A stretch of DNA of 10,566 nt from Candidatus Methylomirabilia bacterium (GTDB lineage: Bacteria; Methylomirabilota; Methylomirabilia; Rokubacteriales; CSP1-6): NCBI GenBank assembly GCA_046758965.1, contig JBHIBG010000092.1:1-10566 (forward strand), written 5' to 3'. Under the pieces are notes generated by a model, which ran no database searches, was not told the origin of the DNA, and was given only the letters and a program-made list of their open reading frames with translations. This document shows, one piece after another, positions 6,366 to 10,566 of this stretch; positions within the stretch are counted from its first letter, which is position 1; every line of letters starts with the position of its first letter. The position numbers and the translations under genes are program-made.

Positions 6366-6908
6366 ATGACCATGCTCAAGCCCAAGCGCCACACGCTGCG
6401 GCAGGCCGCCTCGCTGGTGTTCGTGCTGACCGCGGTCCTCCCCCTGCTGATGTTCAGCTACAGCCTCTACCGCTTGAACGGCTTGAGGGAACTCGAGGGC
6501 CAGATCACCCTCGGCCTGGCTCTGGTGGTGGCACTGCTTGGTTTCTACATTTTGAGGAGAATGGTCGTCCGCATCTCCGATCTGCTTCGGACCGTGGGCA
6601 AGGTGAGAGAGCAGGGAGAACTTCCCCAACTGGCCGCGCACGAGAACCTGGAGCTGCCTGGGGTCGGCACGATCCAGGAATTCCACGAGCTCGCCGAAAC
6701 CGTCGACCATCTCTGGGCCCTCTGGAAGGCCGAGGCGGCGCAGTACCTGGGCCGACGGGTGCTGGTATCGGTGAGGAATTCGCCACATCCGATCGCCGGC
6801 ACCCTGGTTGAGGTGAGCGATGAGGGGGTGCTCCTCGGGAAGGACACACAGCAGGTGGGAATCAGCTACCGCAGAGTCTTGGCGATCGAGGCTGCCAGGC
6901 CTGGCTAG
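6366..6908 (+). CDS. Hypothetical membrane protein, 180 aa: two TM helices + HAMP-like linker + C-terminal Sm/LSm/Hfq-like (RimP_C-like) beta-barrel
   Basis: SD GAGGGGGG at 6356-6363; start ATG 6366 (or 6372). TM1 about aa 14-35, TM2 about aa 47-63, short loop. HAMP-like helices RRMVVRISDLLRTVGKV and IQEFHELAETVDHLW. C-terminus YLGRRVLVSVRN...IAGTLVEVSDEGVLL...VGISYRRVLAIE. Confidence 0.8.
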   Translation: MTMLKPKRHTLRQAASLVFVLTAVLPLLMFSYSLYRLNGLRELEGQITLGLALVVALLGFYILRRMVVRISDLLRTVGKVREQGELPQLAAHENLELPGVGTIQEFHELAETVDHLWALWKAEAAQYLGRRVLVSVRNSPHPIAGTLVEVSDEGVLLGKDTQQVGISYRRVLAIEAARPG

Positions 6909-6963
6909 AGCCACGGTTTAACAAGGTTCGCGAGTCAGACTGACGGCCCACCTTGCGTAAGAG

Positions 6964-7094
6964 CGGGGAGACCTGCAGCCACGGGAATTCGGGCCGTCGA
7001 TCCTCTCCCCGGAACACGATGAGCAACGCATGCCCCCACAAGGACAGGGCCGTTCCCCCTCTGCGATCTGGCGGGCCTCCTCGAGGTGGGGGCA
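6964..7094. repeat. Two inverted-repeat pairs in the spacer between convergent genes
   Basis: CGGGGAGA (6964-6971) / TCTCCCCG (7004-7011) with inner ACGG/CCGT; TGCCCCCAC (7031-7039) / GTGGGGGCA (7086-7094). No U-tract. Confidence 0.35.
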
Positions 7095-7128
7095 CGGACC
7101 CCGAGTCAGGGGGGCACGACGCCCAAGG

Positions 7129-9966
7129 TCAAGACCCGGGAGCTCCGCCGTCCCCCGGGCGTTCGCCTAAGCGCTGGGCGATCTCGGTTCGTACCCGATC
7201 GCGCAGCCGCACCATCTCCGGCCACTCCCTCCCCTCGGGCTGGATCGGGACGCCGATCGCCACGGTGATTGCCCCGGGCTTAGGGAGCCAGCTGTCCGCG
7301 GGGAGGATCTCCCGGGTTCCTCCGATCGCCACAGGGATCACCGGCCGACCGGCGTGCACGGCAGCCTTGAAGGCTCCGAGCCGGAACGGGAGCAGCCCGG
7401 GCGCCCGGACGAAGGTGCCCTCGGGAAAGAAGAGGAGCGAGGTGCCGCGGTGGAGCATCGCGGTGGCGCGCTCGGCGTCGGCCACGCTCCTGGAGAGATC
7501 GACCCGCTCGACGGTCAGGTGGCCGACCTTTCGGATCACGGCTCCGATCAGCCGGGTAGAGGCCAGCTCGCGCTTGGCGACGAAGCGGAACTCCGTGGGG
7601 AGCGCAGCGAGGAGGGCAACCGAATCCACGTAGCTCGCGTGGTTGGATGCGAGGACCGCCGGCCCGGCGCCGCGCAGATGCTCGAGCCCCTTGACTCGGA
7701 TCCGGCAGCCGCCGAGCGCCAGTATGCTGCGGCACCAGAGCCGTACGAGCCGGCCTGCGGGGCGCCCGCTCGGGAACAGCAGCAGGAGCCCCCACACTGC
7801 CGGCAGCGTGATCAGCAGCAGCCCTCCGAGATAGCTCGCAAAGGCCAGGGCGCCTGCTCGCTCGACCGCCCACCGGACCCGCGCGCCGAGGTCCTGGACG
7901 ATAAGCCGGGTCCACTGAGCCGGGGCCGATCGTCGCCCGCGCCCGAGCTCCCCGCGCACATAGGCCTGGCGCGTCGCGCCCCTTCGCACCTTCCCGCTCG
8001 AGGTCTTGAGGACCGAACCCGGACGGCTGATGACCACGGTGTCGGGCGGGATCCCGAGAGCCGCAACCACGCGGTCGACGACGGCCGCCCTGAGCCGTTC
8101 CCGGCTCTCCGGCGCGGTCTCTCGGCTCTCGGCGACGATGACGAGTCGTTCAGTCCCGATCTCCGGATCGGCAAGGCCGAAGGCAGCCACACATCCCTTC
8201 CGGATACCGGGAAGATCGCCGACCTCCTGCTCCACCTCCTGGGGATAGAGGTTCCGGCCAGCCTTGATCACGATGTCCTTCTCGCGGCCCGTGATGAAGA
8301 GGTCGCCGTCCGCCCAGTAGCCGAGATCGCCGGACTCCGTCCAGCCGTCGTGGAGGATGGCCAGCGTAGCCTCCGCGTTCCGCCAGTATCCGGTGCTCAC
8401 TGACGGGCCGCGGAACTCGATGCGCCCCTCGATCCGGTCGCCCAACGGCTGGCCGGCGGCATCGACAATCCGCACCTCGTGCTCCGGCAACGGACGGCCG
8501 CACGAGACGAAGCGGAGAGGGGTCAGCTCCTCCGGCGTGGCCGGGTGCGCCTCGCGCGAGCGCTGGAACGGCTCCCGGGCCACCCGGTCCACCCGGGGTG
8601 GGAGGCCGATTGAGGGCACAGTCAAGGCAGCCGAGCTCTCGGCGAGGCCGTAGACCGGACACATCGCCTCCCGCCTGAAGCCGTGCGGGGCGAATCGGCC
8701 GATGAAGCGCTCGATCGTCTCCGGACTCACCGGCTCGGCGCCATTGAACGCAAGCCGCCAAGAGCTCAGGTCGAGCCCCTGAATCTCGTCGTCCCTCACC
8801 CTGCCGACGCAGAGGTCGAAGGCGAAGTTCGGGGCGGGAGAGACGGTGCCGCGGTGAGCGTGGAGCGCCCACAGCCAGCGCGCCGGGCGGGCGAGGAACT
8901 GAAGCGGCGAGAGGATCACGATCGGGATGCCGAAGCAGAGGGCTCCGAGCCACGAGCCGATCAGCCCCATGTCGTGGTAGAGCGGGAGCCAGCTCACCCC
9001 GACGTCATCCGGCTGGATCGCGATCGCCCGGCCGCTGGCGCGAATATTCGCCAGGATGTTCGCGTGGGTCAGGAGAATCCCCTTTGGCTCGCCCGTGCTC
9101 CCCGAGGTGTACTGGATGAGAGCGAGGTCGCCCGGAGCGGGGCGGAGCGGCGGCGCTCCGCTCCCGGGGAGCGCGAGCTGTTCCGCCGTGGTCACCCCCG
9201 TGAGAGATGGGACGCGCGAGAAGAGCAGGCCCGCGACGCGCTCGGCCTGCCGGAAGGTGATGAGCAGGCGCGCCTGGGCGCTCCGCAGAATCCCGATCTG
9301 GCGGCGGGCGTACTCCTCGATCTGGTCCAGGCGGAAGGGCGGGTAGATGGGCACGGGGACGCCGCCGGCGAGGAGGACACCGAAGAAGCTGTGGAAGAAT
9401 GCCTCCTCGGTCCTGAGCATGAGGGCTACCGACTCGCCCGGGTGCAGGCCGCGTTCGCGGAGACCCGCGGCGAGGGCCGCCGCCCGATCCCAGAGTGCCC
9501 CGTAGCTGATCGGCCGCTCCTGCCCGTCCTCCTCGCCGAGGAAGATATGCACGCGCTCCGGATCGACCTCGGCCTGCCAGCGGAGCACCTCCGTGAGAGT
9601 CCGGCCCGGGGCCTGCGCGGAGATCCGAGGCCCGAGCGCCGCCCGCGGCTCAGGGATGCCCGCGGGGGCCGAGGGTTCGGCCGCGACGATCGCGCTGGCC
9701 AGATCGCGCGCGCTCCCCACATCGGCCATCACCGCATCGGGGAGGCGTACCCCGAACGCCTGCTCGAGGCGGAGGAGCAGCTCGACGCGCTCCAGGCTCC
9801 CAATGCCCAGGTCGCGGTCGAGGGAGTCGTCGAGCGCGACAGCGCCCCGGGTTCGGGGCCCGCCGAGCTCGGCGACGAGCCCCCCGATGATGTCGAGGAC
9901 CTCTCGCTCGACCGCTTGGCGGTCGGCCTCCCGGGCGCCTGATGTTATATGGCTTGGGAGCGTCAC
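7129..9966 (-). CDS. ACP + fatty acyl-AMP ligase (FAAL) + TM + PlsC-type acyltransferase fusion, about 945 aa
   Basis: Carrier motif DLGIGSLERVEL (Ser 9796-9798). Adenylation motifs QYTSGSTGEPKG, SWLPLYHDMGLIG, YGLAE, FVSCG preceded by a FAAL-type insertion, SGDLGY, GREKD, KTSSGK. Acyltransferase motifs NHASYVD, FVAKREL, FFPEGT. Start reassigned to GTG 9966, which overlaps the upstream TGA (GTGA); the ORF-track start 10074 lies inside the upstream gene. Confidence 0.9.
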   Translation of the reverse strand: MTLPSHITSGAREADRQAVEREVLDIIGGLVAELGGPRTRGAVALDDSLDRDLGIGSLERVELLLRLEQAFGVRLPDAVMADVGSARDLASAIVAAEPSAPAGIPEPRAALGPRISAQAPGRTLTEVLRWQAEVDPERVHIFLGEEDGQERPISYGALWDRAAALAAGLRERGLHPGESVALMLRTEEAFFHSFFGVLLAGGVPVPIYPPFRLDQIEEYARRQIGILRSAQARLLITFRQAERVAGLLFSRVPSLTGVTTAEQLALPGSGAPPLRPAPGDLALIQYTSGSTGEPKGILLTHANILANIRASGRAIAIQPDDVGVSWLPLYHDMGLIGSWLGALCFGIPIVILSPLQFLARPARWLWALHAHRGTVSPAPNFAFDLCVGRVRDDEIQGLDLSSWRLAFNGAEPVSPETIERFIGRFAPHGFRREAMCPVYGLAESSAALTVPSIGLPPRVDRVAREPFQRSREAHPATPEELTPLRFVSCGRPLPEHEVRIVDAAGQPLGDRIEGRIEFRGPSVSTGYWRNAEATLAILHDGWTESGDLGYWADGDLFITGREKDIVIKAGRNLYPQEVEQEVGDLPGIRKGCVAAFGLADPEIGTERLVIVAESRETAPESRERLRAAVVDRVVAALGIPPDTVVISRPGSVLKTSSGKVRRGATRQAYVRGELGRGRRSAPAQWTRLIVQDLGARVRWAVERAGALAFASYLGGLLLITLPAVWGLLLLFPSGRPAGRLVRLWCRSILALGGCRIRVKGLEHLRGAGPAVLASNHASYVDSVALLAALPTEFRFVAKRELASTRLIGAVIRKVGHLTVERVDLSRSVADAERATAMLHRGTSLLFFPEGTFVRAPGLLPFRLGAFKAAVHAGRPVIPVAIGGTREILPADSWLPKPGAITVAIGVPIQPEGREWPEMVRLRDRVRTEIAQRLGERPGDGGAPGS

Positions 9967-10566
9967 TCGAATGCGATCTCGGCCGTCGTGCCCAGCCTGA
10001 GGGAAACATGGACCGCCTCGGGCCGTCGGTTGGGGCCGAAGGTAATCCGTGCGGGATGGCTCGCCATGGCCCACGACGAAAAGCGGGTGATGTCCAGGAG
10101 GCAGACAGGCTGGCCGGCTTCGGGGTCCTGGGTCACCGTCAACCGGAGCGGCACGATGTCGGCCCCGTATCCTTTGGCCTGAACATCGTCCAGCTCCTCC
10201 CCTTCCGCGCTTGCCCGACGGACGACGGATGTCCGATAGGCCCCCGGGCCGTCCGCCTCCAGCTGGCCCTCGGCGTAGTTCAGGATAACCGTCACGAGGT
10301 CATCCAACGGTTGGCCGGCCGGAATCCCGATCACGTCCTCCCCGACGCGCCAGCGGCCCAGCAGGAAGCTCTGGCTGGCGTGACGGTAGTGGACGAGGCC
10401 GCGGTCGTAGTCGTAGGTGATATGGGTCCGGCTCTCGCGCCCCCTGGCATTGAACTGTAGCGATGTAGCCGTCGGGGCGAACCGCCGCTGCCGGATGAGG
10501 CCTTCCGACTCTATCCGGTTGGCGATTCGTGGCCCCTGCCCTGAGATCAAGACCCGGTAGCGCCCG
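9963..10566 (-). CDS. 3' part of a beta-rich hypothetical protein, DUF3108-like (probably exported); 5' end outside the window
   Basis: The frame stays open to the edge (..GRYRVLISGQG..). The pattern YRV..SG.G....RIESEG......P......RGRESR..I.YDY.RG.V resembles DUF3108-type proteins from recollection. Its stop overlaps the next start codon. Confidence 0.65.
   Translation of the reverse strand, partial: GRYRVLISGQGPRIANRIESEGLIRQRRFAPTATSLQFNARGRESRTHITYDYDRGLVHYRHASQSFLLGRWRVGEDVIGIPAGQPLDDLVTVILNYAEGQLEADGPGAYRTSVVRRASAEGEELDDVQAKGYGADIVPLRLTVTQDPEAGQPVCLLDITRFSSWAMASHPARITFGPNRRPEAVHVSLRLGTTAEIAFE

Noticed and set aside
6090..6914. 274-aa minus-strand ORF, and the other antisense or off-frame ORFs over tkt, mgtE and the FAAL gene
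   Set aside because: Shadow ORFs of real GC-rich genes, with no recognisable motifs.
5967..6997. Inverted 10-mer ACGGCCCGAA / TTCGGGCCGT flanking the central block
   Set aside because: Too short to be significant in 10 kb of GC-rich DNA, and no recombinase is nearby.
9967..10074. N-terminal extension of the ACP-FAAL-PlsC ORF to ATG 10074
   Set aside because: It overlaps the upstream CDS by over 100 bp and has no domain-like sequence. GTG 9966 gives a standard 4-nt coupling.
1..10566. CRISPR arrays, tRNA/rRNA, transposases, integrases, reverse transcriptases
   Set aside because: No regularly spaced repeats, cloverleaf or T-loop signatures, or catalytic motifs were seen.

Overview
GC-rich bacterial window with mostly housekeeping genes and one unusual accessory block. 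Left: TPP-dependent 2-oxoacid dehydrogenase E1 alpha and beta genes (pdhA, pdhB; minus strand) diverge across a 118-bp spacer from a single-chain transketolase that closely resembles animal TKT. tkt is followed by a LapA/DUF1049-like small membrane protein and the Mg2+ channel mgtE. Centre (5816-6908): a 550-bp intergenic region with a hairpin-dense stretch (candidate ncRNA, probably minus strand), and a sigma54-type promoter overlapped by an NtrC-like palindrome. This promoter precedes a 180-aa protein with the apparent architecture 2TM + HAMP-like + Sm/Hfq-like barrel, which is the best candidate for an undescribed system. Right (minus strand): a truncated beta-rich DUF3108-like gene, translationally coupled to a 945-aa ACP-FAAL-PlsC fusion. 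No rRNA, tRNA, CRISPR array or transposase was seen. All domain and motif calls were made by eye; no searches were run.
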